A stretch of 64,000 nucleotides of DNA from Amoebidium appalachense (GCA_963693365.1 CAVNZM010000008.1:9304818-9368817); one strand, 5' to 3'; numbered from the stretch's first letter, positions 23,936 through 47,961 are shown. Made by a program: numbers and translations. Notes: a model not told the origin generated them from the sequence alone.

Positions 23936-24889
23936 GGGGGGGGGGGACTCGGAGGAGGAGGGAGGTGGGGGTTTAAGATATCATCACGACAACCTCCAGC
24001 CATCCAACAGATGACTTTAAGGATGACGACGGTCTTTTTAGTGTGACTTTTAGAACATCCTGAAAGATGGCTTTAAAATTGCATCAAGAAATCTTCCGGT
24101 GCTCTTACCAGAACTATGAATATATAATTATTCTATCTATGGGAGCGACCATATATAACGTTAGGCCGTCTAAAGTGTATATTAATTGTGTCTTTTCCTC
24201 AATTAATGATAAATCTATATTATGACGTAAATACGTCTAACGCATATCTTGTTTGTGTCACTATGTACCAATAAAAATATCCCTAGCCTATCGGTGAGTT
24301 GCTTTTAGTACGTCCTAAATGACACTAAAGTCGACTATTCGTGTTAGACTGAAATAAAATATTACATAACTACATCGTAAGGATACATTTAGGTTAACCA
24401 CAACACATCTCTAATATATCTCTGCAAATTCTTCAAGAGGTGTTAAGGATGCCATATATGTTCGTCTGAACTACATAAAGTAATATTAAAGATGGATATT
24501 GGTGATCGCAAAGCGCTCTTGTAGACGGTCGATTGATAGCTTACAGATATGCTGGGGATATCTTTTTTAGTAAATGTTCATAAATATTGTCTTTTTAAAG
24601 ATTCGTTTAAGACATAACAAAGACGGCTCTAAGATATGCTTGGGGGAGGAAACAGATGGAACACGGGATAGGGTTTCGCCGGGTTACAGATATGCTAAGG
24701 ACGTACTTACAGAGATGTCTTTAATATCGCCTGCTAAAGCCGGATGGGTTAGGGATAGCTTGGAGTCATCTCTAACTAATAACGGTTACAAAGGGTATGG
24801 TTCAGGATGGGTTACGGGTTTAGGATGTCCCAGACGGGTTTGAGACGGGAAAAAGATGCCGGGAGATGTTTGCTGATGATCAGAGTAGG

Positions 24890-25400
24890 CTAGCAACGCG
24901 TCTGCGTGAACTTAACGGCCGTTTCCATTTCCTCTGAGTGAGACGCGAGGGCACTACAATGGTCACGGTGGGTGGGACTCAGGGCGTCACCGGACGCAAC
25001 AATAGTAGGAATGATGGATACTAGTAGGTGACAGTCTTGCTCCGCAAACCCATAGCCGACTTTGTATGTGTTTTTCATGTCTGTGACCGTGTCATTAGAA
25101 GTTTCTGACCCGCACGCCCGTTGGTTATGCGCAGTTGTTTCTCGTCGTCATTGAACAGATTCTTCCGGGTGAGTTGTGGTTCAATCATGATTTGTTTGAA
25201 CGTCGTGCCAAACAGCACGGTTACAACCTCACTTTCCGCAAACCAAACGAACTTTCGAAAGCGCGTGTTTCCGCTCTCACGGAGGAGAAGATGAATTCGT
25301 GGTTTGATGTGGTTGAGGAACTGGTGGAAGAAAAGCAGATAAACGTGGAGAAGAATCTGTTCAATCATTCCTACTATTGTTGCGTCCGGTGACGCCCTCC
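24890..25400. pseudogene. Scrambled pogo/Tigger-like (CENP-B/DDE_1) transposase fragments
   Basis: Plus strand: WF..FERR..LTFRKPNELSKARVSALTEEKMNSWFDVVEE..INVEKNLFN (HTH-to-DDE linker). Minus strand: VSIIPTIVASGDALSP (T..ASG..LxP motif of DDE_1). Confidence 0.7.
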
Positions 25401-27304
25401 TAAAATCAATAATTTGAATAGAAAAGGGGTTTTGCTCCATTAATAAATAACTTGATAAACAAAGCGACAAGCAATTCTTGTAAAGCAACATGGGATGTCC
25501 GGCGCCTACCAAATCTTTCGTAGCGAAAACAGGCAAAAACCATAATTTCATCATAGATGATCGACCTCGAGGCAAGGTGGTTAGAGGCTATGCAAGACGG
25601 GTTTTGATGATTTTAGCGATGTAGGCGTTGTCGGAGCACCCCGACTGCTTATATCATTTTTGCGCGCCTTTTTATTTCTTAAAACTTTTTCTTATGGACG
25701 AAAACCAACTTTCTAAGTAAAATCGGGGCCTAACTGCTTTTGAGAGGCTGTCGGTCTGAGATTTTGGCCTGTCACCGCCTGAGCGGCCCTTACCTTGGCC
25801 CTTACTTTTGGCGCAACCAATCACAAGATTCGAATTGTTTCGGTGAGCCATATAAGGTTAGGCAGAATTTGAAAAAAAAAACATTTCTAAACCAGTCTAT
25901 ACTTACTTATTCAGTCTTTCACAGAACACGCACATCACTTTGATTCGTCAAGAATCTACCGAGACATTTCAGGATACATATGTAGTCTCTATGTATGCGC
26001 CTGTCGAGCGTGGTGAAGTAAAAGGCGGCATTCAAAAAAGCGTTGAATCGGCCAACCAGACTGCAGTAGCCTACCTATGTTAGTTTTTTTTTTTTCAAGT
26101 GACGGCCGCTGATCATGAACTTTGTCCAGCCGCCAACTTTGTTCGAAATTTACCCCACTCACAGAGGAATGTAGTGATTGTAAAGGACTATGACATCTAG
26201 CCAATACAAGCACTCGAACGGATAGACTCGCTATTCCGCTGAATTTCTTCAGCAATTTACGCCAATTAGAAGATTTCTATTAATTGTCTTATAGGGGCTT
26301 CTTACGGCGACTGCGGGCCGCGGGCGGCTTGTTTACCGTGGGACTTTCGCGGCCCGGACACTCGCATCATTTTTTTTCTTTCGGTGACCACCGTTTGAGA
26401 ATTTTCTACGTTTCTACGTTTTGGTAGTGAAGGATTGGCTAAGATCTCTAGAGAGAACTTTTATGTTTTTTTGCCGTGTTTAGGCATACACAATTACCAA
26501 AGTTTGCAACAAACATCGAAACCAACTCGCTCACCTCTTGCTTACTTTAACCGGTGCGTACCTCCCCTCTGTGTGTTTGGACCAACATAAGGGCCCTTGA
26601 TCTTGATCTCGAAAGAATTATCCTGAGAGTTAAAGCATTTTCTGTGTGTGAAATTATCAGTTTTCGTTTGATTATGCTCGCAGTTTGGTGCTGTTGGGCA
26701 TCTAAAGAGCGTTCGCCTTTGTGTTTTACTTTCACAGGTGGTTTGTTGTGGGTTCACAGTATATAGTGACTTTCTGTTGTTTTTGTGTTAACCCCCACGT
26801 GAGTGACTGGGCCTCTCTTTTTTTGATGTAGGCATGAGCTTCTACACCGTCGCTCTTTCCTTTTTTCGTCCACGTTGTGTTATCTTTTTATGTGCTAGGA
26901 AGTATAGAACTGTTCGCATCTTGTATATCCTGGTTAGCTTAAAGCTGTAGCCGTTTTGAGGTGAGGTGACATATATACCCGATTCATACTGAAGGAACAA
27001 GGCACACACACACAGAAACATACGCTGCTAGGTAGTTATAGCTTGCCCTTGAGAGAATAGTTGCATCATCAAGCTGTGTTGGTTTGACCTTTGCGCCTCT
27101 TTCTGGTTGATGTTTTCCAGCTTCAGGTTCTTAGACCGGCACCCAAAGTATGCGACTTCCGTTGGGTCGGGATAGGAATCATTGAAACTCTGCTAGACTT
27201 CCCTGCTTGCTGCCTTGCAAAAGGTTTCTATGGCTGATCACACACTTTTGTTTTCCATCTCTCTGTGCAGCTCTCACTCACCTGAATTCCCTCGCAGAGA
27301 TAAA

Positions 27305-28414
27305 ATGTCTATGGTTGACGAGAAACTTGCAGCCGCGCTGCATGACAGCGACGACGAGGATTCCCATCATGATTCGGACGCAGAAGTCGATCACGGAGCG
27401 ATTACCAAGCAGGGCCTTGGGGAGGTTTCTGGTGAGAAGGACAAGAAGTCTAAGCCTGTGTGGTATGCGCTTGTACAAGGGACTCTGTTCTGGTACAAGA
27501 GCCAAAGTTTCTCGCAGCTGAAGGGTGATCTCCAGCTGAAGGGGAGCAGCATTGAACATGCTACCAAGCCACAACCTCACTCGCTGGTGATCAAGGTGGA
27601 TGGGAAGGTGTGTGTAACCTTGGAGTCCCGGAAAACCAATAGCCTGGTTGAATTGCTCGAATATCGATTGTTTAACATTGTTGTCTGGAGGTCGAAGGTT
27701 TTGAGCTAGGTGTCAAGCTTGCTTGCGCCAGTTTTGGCTTCTAGCTTGTGCGCCTGTCAGTGTGTCGGTGTGGGCACCACATTTTGATGTGTTTACTCGG
27801 GATTTGAGGTAAAGACTTGGATAGGGGAAAAGGGCGCATGCTGTTCTGGATGCTGTTCTGTAATGGGAGGAGATAATAAGAGGAGTAGTCGTTTGCCCTG
27901 CGCCTCCCCCCTCCAGCCCTTCCCCCCTCCGCCTCCGATCCCCCCCCTCCCCCCACCCACCCACCCACTCTTTTTTTCTCGTTCCCTCTTTTCTCCAACC
28001 TTTCCCCTTGCGACGAATACTCTTTTATGTGCTCTTTTGCTCAAATTCTGCATCTTGGTTTCCGTCGTGAGCATGTCGTTTTCCGTGGTGAATTACTTAC
28101 GAATTCGTCCGAAAAATTCTAACCCCCACCCCCTGCCCTGCCCCCCCTCTCCGCCCTGGAGGTTTGGCTCTTATGTGTCCCTTTGTTGTTGCACACCCGC
28201 ATTATGCTTTCGATCGTGAATGTTTACCTCACATTATTTGTTGGAAACGTCCCCCCCCCCCCCCCCCCCCCTCCCTCCCCAAGGAATGGCTTTGTTTATT
28301 AGGCGTACTCTTTGTGTGGTTTGCACTCTGCATTATATTGACCGATATCAATGGGTATTTCGTGCTCTATAAATCATTCTGAACCCCCCCCCCCCCCCCC
28401 CCTCCCCCCGGCCC

Positions 28415-28472
<58 letters not shown>

Positions 28473-29950
28473 AGCTTTTGGAATCTGGTACCCACACATG
28501 TTGCAGTCCTTTGTGCTGCATGCAGCACTCTTACCGTGCATCCCTGCTCTTTGTTCAATTTGACAAGCCACCCCTCCTGTGCTGGTCATACTGTCGAATC
28601 TTGGTATGTTCGCTTTGTGGTATCGTTTGTGTGTTCTTTCTTTTTTTGGTCCCTTCCCCCCCCCCTCCCCCCCCCCCCCCCTCCCCGGAGGAGGACTAGC
28701 TCTTCTAAAATTGCATACTCTTTGTATGTTCTTCGTACTATGCATTGTGTTGTCGGTCATGAATAAGTACTCGTACTCTGTAACATATATTAACCCCAGC
28801 CCCGCATTTTGGAAGACCATACTTACGTTGCATGCTAATTTGGGTTTCTAGTTATGGTTCCATAACCTACACCATTATCGTCACTTTTGTACTCTGTAAT
28901 GTTTATTCAATGTGTTCCCTCCTTCCATTTACACTCTACCACACACATGCTCTCTTTTTCCTTCCTCTCTTCCCTCTTTCTCTTTCTCTCACTTCCACTC
29001 CGTTCACCTTTCTTTCTCTCTCTCTTTACCTGCTCATCGGATCCCCTTCCCCCTTTTCCCCACCTTTTCCCCCTTTTTTGCTGGGGTGGTGGTGGTAGTT
29101 GTGGTTTTTTTTTGTTTTTTTGTTTTTTTGTTTTTTTTTTGGGGGGGGGGGGGGTTGTTCAGAGTTTTTTCTTGTTTGTTTTTTTTTTTTTTTTGTTTAG
29201 ACGGTTTTTGGTACCTCTTTTTGATGGTCCTGGACATGATTTCAGTTCCTGCATCAATTCGGCATCGTACAAAACCTATATGAGCAGACAATATTTATGA
29301 CACAGTTTTACCGATATTTTTTTTTTTTAGCAAAGAATCATTTTGCGGTTATTCTTTCCACCGGCCAACATACATGTTACCGACATGTACTTTTCCTTGC
29401 ATAACAATCATTGGCCGATAGCGGTACACACGCAAGCAAAACACGCACAGACACAATCACACACACTCGGGGGCACACACGCAGACTTGCACATGCACAC
29501 TATACACCCCCGGCTTCGACTCTATCTGCTAACCCTTCCCCTCCTTGTTCCTCCCATGTGTACTTCGTACCGTGTTCCGCATTCAAACCCCCCTCCCCCT
29601 CCCCTCCCTCCCTCCCTCAATTATTATGCATACTCTGTGTGGTTTGCACCTGCATTGTGTTGTCTGTCATGAATGTGTACTTGGTACTTATTGACGCATT
29701 CTAACCCCCTCATCCCCCCCCCCCCCCCCCTTGGGCCCTTGGGCCCTCCCTGAGGATGGGCTCTGCTTATGACGCATACTGTGCGCATGGCTGATGCTGC
29801 ATACTTGAATGTTTGCCTTTGCATGTGTCCTGCATCATGCTTCTCATCGTCTATGCGTACTTCGTACTGTGTTCCGCATTCAAACCCCCCCCCCCCCCCT
29901 TCAGAACACACACACACAACATACACACACAGACAAACACACACACGTAC

Positions 29951-30018
<68 letters not shown>

Positions 30019-30460
30019 ATCCACACGTACACACGTACACACACACACACACACACACACAACACAGGTGCAACTCGTCATGGGCTTCACCGACGCCGAC
30101 CTCGCCAAGGAATGGGAGGCTGCCCTCACATCCGCACGGGACGTCCCCGCTGGTGACCCACCAAGCAAATCCCGCGGCAAGTCCCTAAGCATGGGTGCGC
30201 GCATGAAAAAGGCAACGGCAGGCAAAATGGCGACTTCCTCCGCTGGAAAAGCGATGGCGAAAGCGACCATCAACGAAGAGGCTAAGCTTCTGATCAGCGC
30301 GGTGAAGAATCTGATCACGGAGACGTACGACAGCAAGACGGCAAACACGGTGGAGAACAACATCATTAAGATCTTCGTCAAGTACCACTACCTGATGACT
30401 GAGGGCCAGATTGAGGAGGATGCCTGGACCACCATGGACAAGGTGTGTGTGTGTGCGCGC

Positions 30461-30528
<68 letters not shown>

Positions 30529-30863
30529 GCGAGTGATGGAGAGAGAGAGGGAGGGAGGGAGAGAGAGTACGTGTGTGCGTGTGGGGGGGGGGGGGGGTGG
30601 GTGGGTGGGGGGGTAGGGGGGGGGGGGGGGAGGGGGGGTTGTGTGTGTGTATGGTATGTGTGTGTGTGGTTGGAGGAGGGGGGGTTGCTTGGTTGAGGAG
30701 TTTTTGGGGAATGGGTGGGTGAATGGTGTCTGAAGGGCTGGGTGCGAAGATGTGTTTTTGTGTGTGTCCCCGTGTCTGTGTTGCTTTTTATGTTTTGTGA
30801 GTCTCTTATGGGCAGATGGGATTGGTGTATGTCGTGTGTGTTTTTCCTTTATATTTGTGTGTA

Positions 30864-30897
<34 letters not shown>

Positions 30898-31122
30898 GTG
30901 TGGAGAGAGAGGGGGGTGGGGTTGGGGGTGGGGGGGGGTTTCTTGGCAACTTCATGGTAAGTGAATTGCACACCTTCAAGTGGTTAGTTGGTGGGATTTT
31001 CGGCTTGTTATTTTATCACAGGCCACGAGCTTAGGTTGGTTACTCAGCCCAATCCACCCCATGTTCTATCTGTCGTCACTGTTCTCTCGTCTGGTTTTTG
31101 CTTCTCATTTCGCATACCGAAG

Positions 31123-31164
<42 letters not shown>

Positions 31165-31429
31165 AAAAAAAAAAAAAAAAAACGGTCTCCATGTCCTGTC
31201 CCTTTTCCTTCCTTTTCTAAATGGGTCGAAACTCGTGGATATGACTGGCTGATTTGGGTCCCTCGTGAGAATGGGCTTTGTGTGTGCTTTGAAATTTTTC
31301 TTGGTGTTTTCCGTTATGAATGTGTAGTGTTTCTTGGTGTTTTCCGTTGTGAATGTGTACTTCGGCAACCTGTTACACATTTCAAACCCCCCCCCCCCCC
31401 CCCCCCCCCCCCCCTTCCCGTTACACACA

Positions 31430-31503
<74 letters not shown>

Positions 31504-31817
31504 GGCTCCGAGAGGCGTTCAAGTGGGGGGTCAAGATTACAGACAACGTGCAGAGCGGCCGCCACATCCCTCCTGAAACCATGACCGAGTGGATTGGTTT
31601 GATCAAGAAGGCTCTAAAGGAGGTGGAGAAGAAACTGTTCGAGCTGATGCAACCCCACGTCCAGGCAAAGACTCTGAGTCGCATTTCCGGGTGTTTCACC
31701 ATCTTCTGTTCGGAGGATTTCTTGCGTGCAATCTTCAGCCCAAAGAAGGTGAAGGCAAGCGGCGATTCGGACAGTCTGACCTATGCGATGGAGCGGTACC
31801 TTCAGTTCTCGTGGTAG
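27305..31817 (+). CDS. PH-domain + TNFAIP8/TIPE (DUF758) fusion protein; exons 27305-27607, 30068-30442, 31503-31817
   Basis: PH: [32 protein letters not shown]|[19 protein letters not shown]: [59 protein letters not shown]. All junctions phase 0, GT-AG. Confidence 0.88.
29748..29886 (+). repeat. Copy of a dispersed ~110-190-bp intronic repeat family (CCCTGAGGATGGGCTCTGCTTA...CGCATTC(A/T)AACCCC)
   Basis: Related copies at ~28305-28390, 28690-28800, 29620-29710, 31220-31390, 41743-41850, 47540-47680, 57011-57195 (+) and 63722-63855, 63880-64000 (-). Confidence 0.85.
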
Positions 31818-33767
31818 TGTGTTTGTTGTGTGTGTGTACCTACGTGTGTGTGTGTGTTTGTGTGTATATGTGTGTATTGTTTATTTGTTTTTTCGTGCGT
31901 ATACGTGTGCATGAACGCCCTATGTATGTGTGTAATTTCATGTTACACGTGTGTGATCAGGTGCGCGCGTCCGCGTGTATGGATCCCCCCCCCCCACTAC
32001 AGTCCGGTGATGGTAGTCTATAGCGATGTGTGCTCAGGCTGAGCCTGAATTGAGTTTTGTAATTTGCAGTGTTCTTTTGGTGTGTGGGTATGGGTGGTAG
32101 GACGTTGAGGTCTGGTGATGCTCCTTGAAATTGGAATTGTAATAGACTTGGTTTTTGTGTTTTGAAAAAAGTGTTTTTGGTTGTGTGTTGTGTTTTGAAA
32201 GTGTTTGGGGCTGCAATACTTGGGTTTTTGATTGTTACCAATTGCGTAACCTGTAGTTTTTTTCTTGTACCATTTTCTGTCCCCGCAGGCTGTTCTTTTT
32301 CTTTATTTTCTTTCTTTTTTGTGCCCGTGTTATCTAAATGTTGATCTTTAGTACTATAATTTCCGTACAAGCACCAAAGAAACATGACAGGGAACCAAAG
32401 AGGTACCTTACCACAGTCACGGCCAGCACACACAGCCCAGGCAGGCTGTTTGCTTCTTGTCTGAAACTTTTCTTCCCTTTTGGAAGCCATCAACACCCGG
32501 TGGCATTACAAACACAATACATTGGAACACTTATTTTATACCTGGCTATGTGAAGTTTCCCCCTCAGTCGCACTCTGTCGGCCACGAGCAATATTCTCTG
32601 ATGACCCCCCCCCCCCCCCCAGGCCTATCTGTGCGTGCACACACACACATGAAGACACACATACACACACACACACACAAAAAAAGAAAGAAATAAAGAA
32701 AGGGGGGGGAAAGCCCACACGTGTGCACACACACACATGAATCATGGCATATAGTACCCGTACGTACACACACGCACACATCGCGCACACTCACATACAC
32801 ACCTGTATGTGCAGTGTATGCACACGTGCACACAAATATACGTGTATGCAGCACAGTGCACACACGTACTAAAACGTTTGATTGAGGTCAGTTTTCCCCA
32901 CGTGCACCGGTCAGCCGGTCACATCCCGCCGAACATATGAAGGAGATATCTCTTGAATTGAATGAGATTGCACGATCATGATTATATGAGATTATATGCG
33001 CATGCATGCATTTTATGTGAACATGTGCTATACGTCCCAGTGTATATACAGTGCTGGCATCTCACTGAGTAACTGCAATTAACTGTGTGTACATTTTAAT
33101 ACAGAAAAAAGTGGTGTCCCTTAATTACGCACCACGAGACAATGTACAGAAGACACAAGAAAAAGAAAGTGTCCAGGTTGACTTTATATTCGCAACACAC
33201 CAGCCTGGGTTGTGTGCATTTCCTTCTACAAAAGCATCGTTTGAAATAGCATAGATTACATATACGGTGCACAACTTATTTCATGATCTACTTTGATACG
33301 ATTGTGTGAGAAAAGGGAGTTCCTAAACGCGTACATAAGGGCGCATGTCGGGTAGAACTTTCGATAAGGACTTGTCTCGGTTAAACCTAAGATAGAATTA
33401 ACAAGAACTGTGGTAAATGGAAACTTTGACTAATTCATGCGGGTAAGAAACGTATGGGTTTGATGCCGCGGCCTACCAAGCTACTATGTCCATATGAAAG
33501 GGAGTGTGCGTGCTTTAAACATCTACCTACATGCCACGAAAATCTATCAACTAATCCCCTTCGCCTACCCCCTTCAAGTGTTCTCCGTTAAAAAGAGCCC
33601 CCCACCACACCACCTCTCCCTACCTACCTACCCACCCACACCACCTTGCAAGGCAGTTCTCCTTGCTTCAGCAACAACCATTACAAAAGCAAAACAGAAA
33701 CCAAGCCCTTGGTAAACCCGGATCAATTTTACATGAACTACAAACTACCAATCAACTCAATATGCAT

Positions 33768-35581
33768 TCAGCAAGTGGCAAGGTATGCTTCCAGCGGCAC
33801 TTTCACACTAACAATGTGGATGTATGTAACCGTTACGAGGGCAAAAAGCTGCCACCAACCGTAACGAAGACTGAACCACATGAACTCAGTCACGCGATCA
33901 AGCAAGTACGCCGCCCAAGTGATGTGATAGAAGGGGATTGCCGCCGAGAACCGCCACATGATGAACACGAACTGGCTGATGTGACTAGAGAAAATTGCCG
34001 CCTGCATAAGACCATACCTGGTGTCCGTCTTGTCGCATGTGCTTGCACTCAAAAGCGTATCCGTCTCCAGTAGATCATGGTACTGATGCACGACACTGTC
34101 CCAAACGCTGGACCTTGCAAGTGTCTGAAGAGCAAACGCAACAAACACCCAGAAATCCGTGCTCGTGAGGCATCGTCGAATGGCTACCTTTGCGCTCTGG
34201 GCCTTCGAGGAGACACTGGGAGCAATCATCATCGATCTGTCATCAGAATCGTCACCTTCGCCACCAAGCTCAATATCCGTCGCAGTGTAGGGCGGAGGTG
34301 AGGAGGAGCGCGGAATGGTGCGACTGCGCAAAAGCACGTGCTTAAGAAGCGCAACGAGGAAAAAGACCCCGCACAGTATGTCCTTCCAGATGTCCACCTG
34401 GTAACCAAAGCTGCTGTAGTCATTGGAAAAGCCAGTCATGTGTCGCCGTGCTCGAGCCAAATCACCGTCCACACAGTCCAGATACAGCCCAAAGAACCAC
34501 AGGAAGGCCGCTAGCCATTTCTGCAAAAGAGGAGCACAATTAGTTCATACCGATATAATATAGGCCCCTCCCCACATAATACCACACGTGCCCACAACTA
34601 CAAGAAGCACACAGACACTAATAACACACATTGCGAGGAACACAGAAGTGCTTGAAAGCAAGTACGAGCATGTGCCTTTGTTGTCGCAGATGCTCGTGAG
34701 AATGGTCTCAGTTGAAACTTCTGAGCGTGAGTGTCCACCCTAACCCGTTTCATAAAGCCCTTTGTCTTCACAGGAATATTCTGGTGATGGTTTTTCTAAG
34801 ATGTATACTACTGAAGCCATCCCCCACCCCCTTCCCCCCACCCCCAAAAATAAAATAAAATAAAATATAAAGTAAATAACATGTACCAATAACAAAAATA
34901 ACAATTACAAAAAACAGCTAACAAAAAACAGCTAAACGCTCCCAGAGTAACACTACTTGCCATTGCATGGCGTTGTTACCGTTAAACGAAGAAATCTTTC
35001 CGCCTCCTAACCAGTTGTAAAAGCAACCCTACGTGCACACAAGTGTCACTTCCCAAACTCTCGGCTCGCCAAATTGATTGCCCTCCCCTCTGTAACATAA
35101 TTAAAAAACGTTAAGTGTCCTTACAAAAACCAATCCTTCCCCCACTTGTAGAGATAATGATTTTCCCTAGCACTCTGTAACTTTTCTTTAAACTAGCATG
35201 TAGTGTTCCTATAAAACCAACCCTTCCCTTCCTTGTTAAATGATTTTCCTTATATTATCACTCTGAATTTTTCTTCTTCACTGTCGTAAATTGTACTTCT
35301 CTAAACCAACCCTCAACACCCCTCACACACCGCCCGAACAAGTGAACAAGCAACGTTCGGATCTGAAGTCTTACCTTATCATTCCAAAGGGCAATTCCAG
35401 AAAACAGAGATGCGATGAGGTGACCCAAGCTGACCATGTCGGGTGTAATGATGTTCAGCTCTTTCAGACCAAACACGTGCACGGTCAACATGGACATGGG
35501 GTGAAGAAAATACATGTCCAGAAGATCGCCCGTAGCGGCCTTGACGTCGTGCGCTTGAACGAAAATGTGAACCTCCGCCAT
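33768..35581 (-). CDS. Ceramide phosphoethanolamine synthase (CPES)-like CDP-alcohol phosphotransferase; exons 35581-35375 and 34520-33768, 319 aa
   Basis: ITPDMVS..H; signature LDCVDGDLARAR..GYQVDIWKD (D-x2-DG-x2-AR..G-x3-D-x3-D); SSVWD....YHDLLE and MWR..LDRVTEF blocks resemble insect CPES. Confidence 0.85.
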
Positions 35582-36369
35582 TTTTGTTATTGCTTAATCA
35601 CTTGCAAAGGGAAAGCTCAAATCTTGTTTGCAAACAAATTAAAGAGGTGTGCGAGCAACCTATAGCGGTGTGCGTTTTGCTGTTCAACAAAACTCTTTAG
35701 CGTGCGCTTTTCGCAAGTGCTGTTGACCACCCCCAAAAAAAGGCCTATGCTTTTTTGATTGGGTAGAAAACCTCAACGGTCAGACTCTTTCGAAAGTAAA
35801 AGAATAGAACCTGGCCTATATCATAAAAAAAGTTTACAAACTAAAGCTATGCAACGTCATGAAGCAACCATTGATCGTCACCCACTCATTAGGTATAGCA
35901 ATTTACGTAGAAAAAGCCCAACGAAAAAACGTGTCACTCAGATTAACAGTGCACACGACGCAGGGCGTTTTGTGGCTGGTCAAAACCAATTTTGTTTTTA
36001 CTTCCCCAATGCTTTTATGCTGATTGGCTGGTGAGGCAGTGGTGAGGATTTTTAAGCATGGACACCAATCAAATTGCGCTTTAGCAGATCCGCTGATAAT
36101 ATCTCGGGCAGCTGTAATTAGTCTACTATAGTTACTCCGCTCCATAATATTACAAATTTCGTTGAAATGCAACGAGAAGACCTAAAAATAATACACAATG
36201 CAATACTTTTGAGCTCTGTAATAACTTGCCTCTCTTTTTATTGTGAATGAAGCCATTGAGCAGTCAACATTTGGCAGATCATGCCATGGAATTTGGCAGA
36301 GCCTCCTCAGAGGGCATGCAGACTTTGCAAAGCGGGATCATGAAAAGCTCACAGACGACGTGACGAAAA

Positions 36370-36459
36370 AAGATGTTGTAGCATACTACAGGTCAGATGA
36401 GTTAATATATATATATATATATATTAACTCATCTGACCTGTAGTATGCTACAACATCTT
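36370..36459. repeat. Perfect 90-bp palindrome centred on (AT)n
   Basis: AAGATGTTGTAGCATACTACAGGTCAGATGAGTTA(AT)n..TAACTCATCTGACCTGTAGTATGCTACAACATCTT. Confidence 0.97.
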
Positions 36460-37549
36460 ATATATATATGGTTCCTACACACGTGTATACCGAATTTATT
36501 TATTGCTGAGGCAAGCTGCTAAGTATACACATGTATATGGGTGGTTGCAGAAAATGGCCTGGAAGAGCACGACAGGCAGCAGATAGAGTATTGCTTTTCT
36601 AAGCACACAGCAAGAGTTTTACTTCGCTCCAATCTGTATAGTGGTCCCAGGTTTCTGTTCTATGATATTTTTTGGGGGTTTGAGATAACCTAACAGCGTG
36701 AAAACCTAACACTTGATTAGTTCTTAGAGCTTCATACCTTCAACGAAATAGCCGATATGAATAAGTTATCCCACGCTAATAACTCAAAATAAATTTTACC
36801 GCAGATATAAAGAAAGTTAAAACGAAATTCTGATTTTGTTTAGGGGCCTGTGCAGAAAAACACTTACAAATTTAATATTGGACTAAGAGAAAAAAGAAAT
36901 GATAACTTTGGTGTAAATTGAGGATACTGTCGGGTCGGCGATCTTGAGCGTGGATTCGCATCATTTTGGGGATCACCAGCGCGCATCTGGCAGGTGTGAA
37001 TCATTGCCTACTTTACTAAGTAATTGAAAAACAATTGCATATTTTCAAGCTTCCATTTCTCACTTACTTTCTTTTACATATATATATTTATAATTCCGCT
37101 AATTTCTACATGACACAGGTCGACTCATGATCGTCCGTACGTGTCTGGTATGGTACGTGAGCCAAAGTTGGTTGCCGAGCGATTATACGATGGCGATCGC
37201 AAGGTGACATATAGTTGAGGGACGAGGAGCAGCCTAAGGAAACTAATTAGGTGATGACGTAAACAAAAAACATTTCAGTCAGCACCGAGATGAAATTGAC
37301 GCCAACGTACTTGTTTCCCTTCTTGGTACCGTTTTTTCAAAGCTCTCCTCTCCTCATAACCAGTTATTGTTTTTACACGACAAGTAGGGGTGCTAGCGGG
37401 TTCGCATTCTTGGCTAGAGTGAAAGCTATTTGAGGGGGTAGCTGGCGGCGACAGGAAAGGGCTCGTTTTCTCCTGTCACTTTCTTCGTCTCCGTTCTCAC
37501 CTTCATACTCTTTTTTTTTTTTTTTTGGCCTGTCGGCGTATACACAAGG

Positions 37550-47961
<10,412 letters not shown>

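Larger units (their letters stand above)
7348..24878. mobile_element. Large non-autonomous CMC/EnSpm(CACTA)-like TIR DNA transposon, 17.5 kb including the nested LTR element
   Basis: Left end CTTCAGCAAAGATCACCCCCCATC versus reverse-complemented right end CATCAGCAAACATCTCCCGGCATC. AT flanks both ends (7346-7347, 24879-24880; 2-bp TSD). Both subterminal regions (~7350-9270, ~23980-24870) are dense in short AAGACGTC/AGGATGTC/AAGATATC-like motifs. No transposase recognised inside. Confidence 0.7.
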
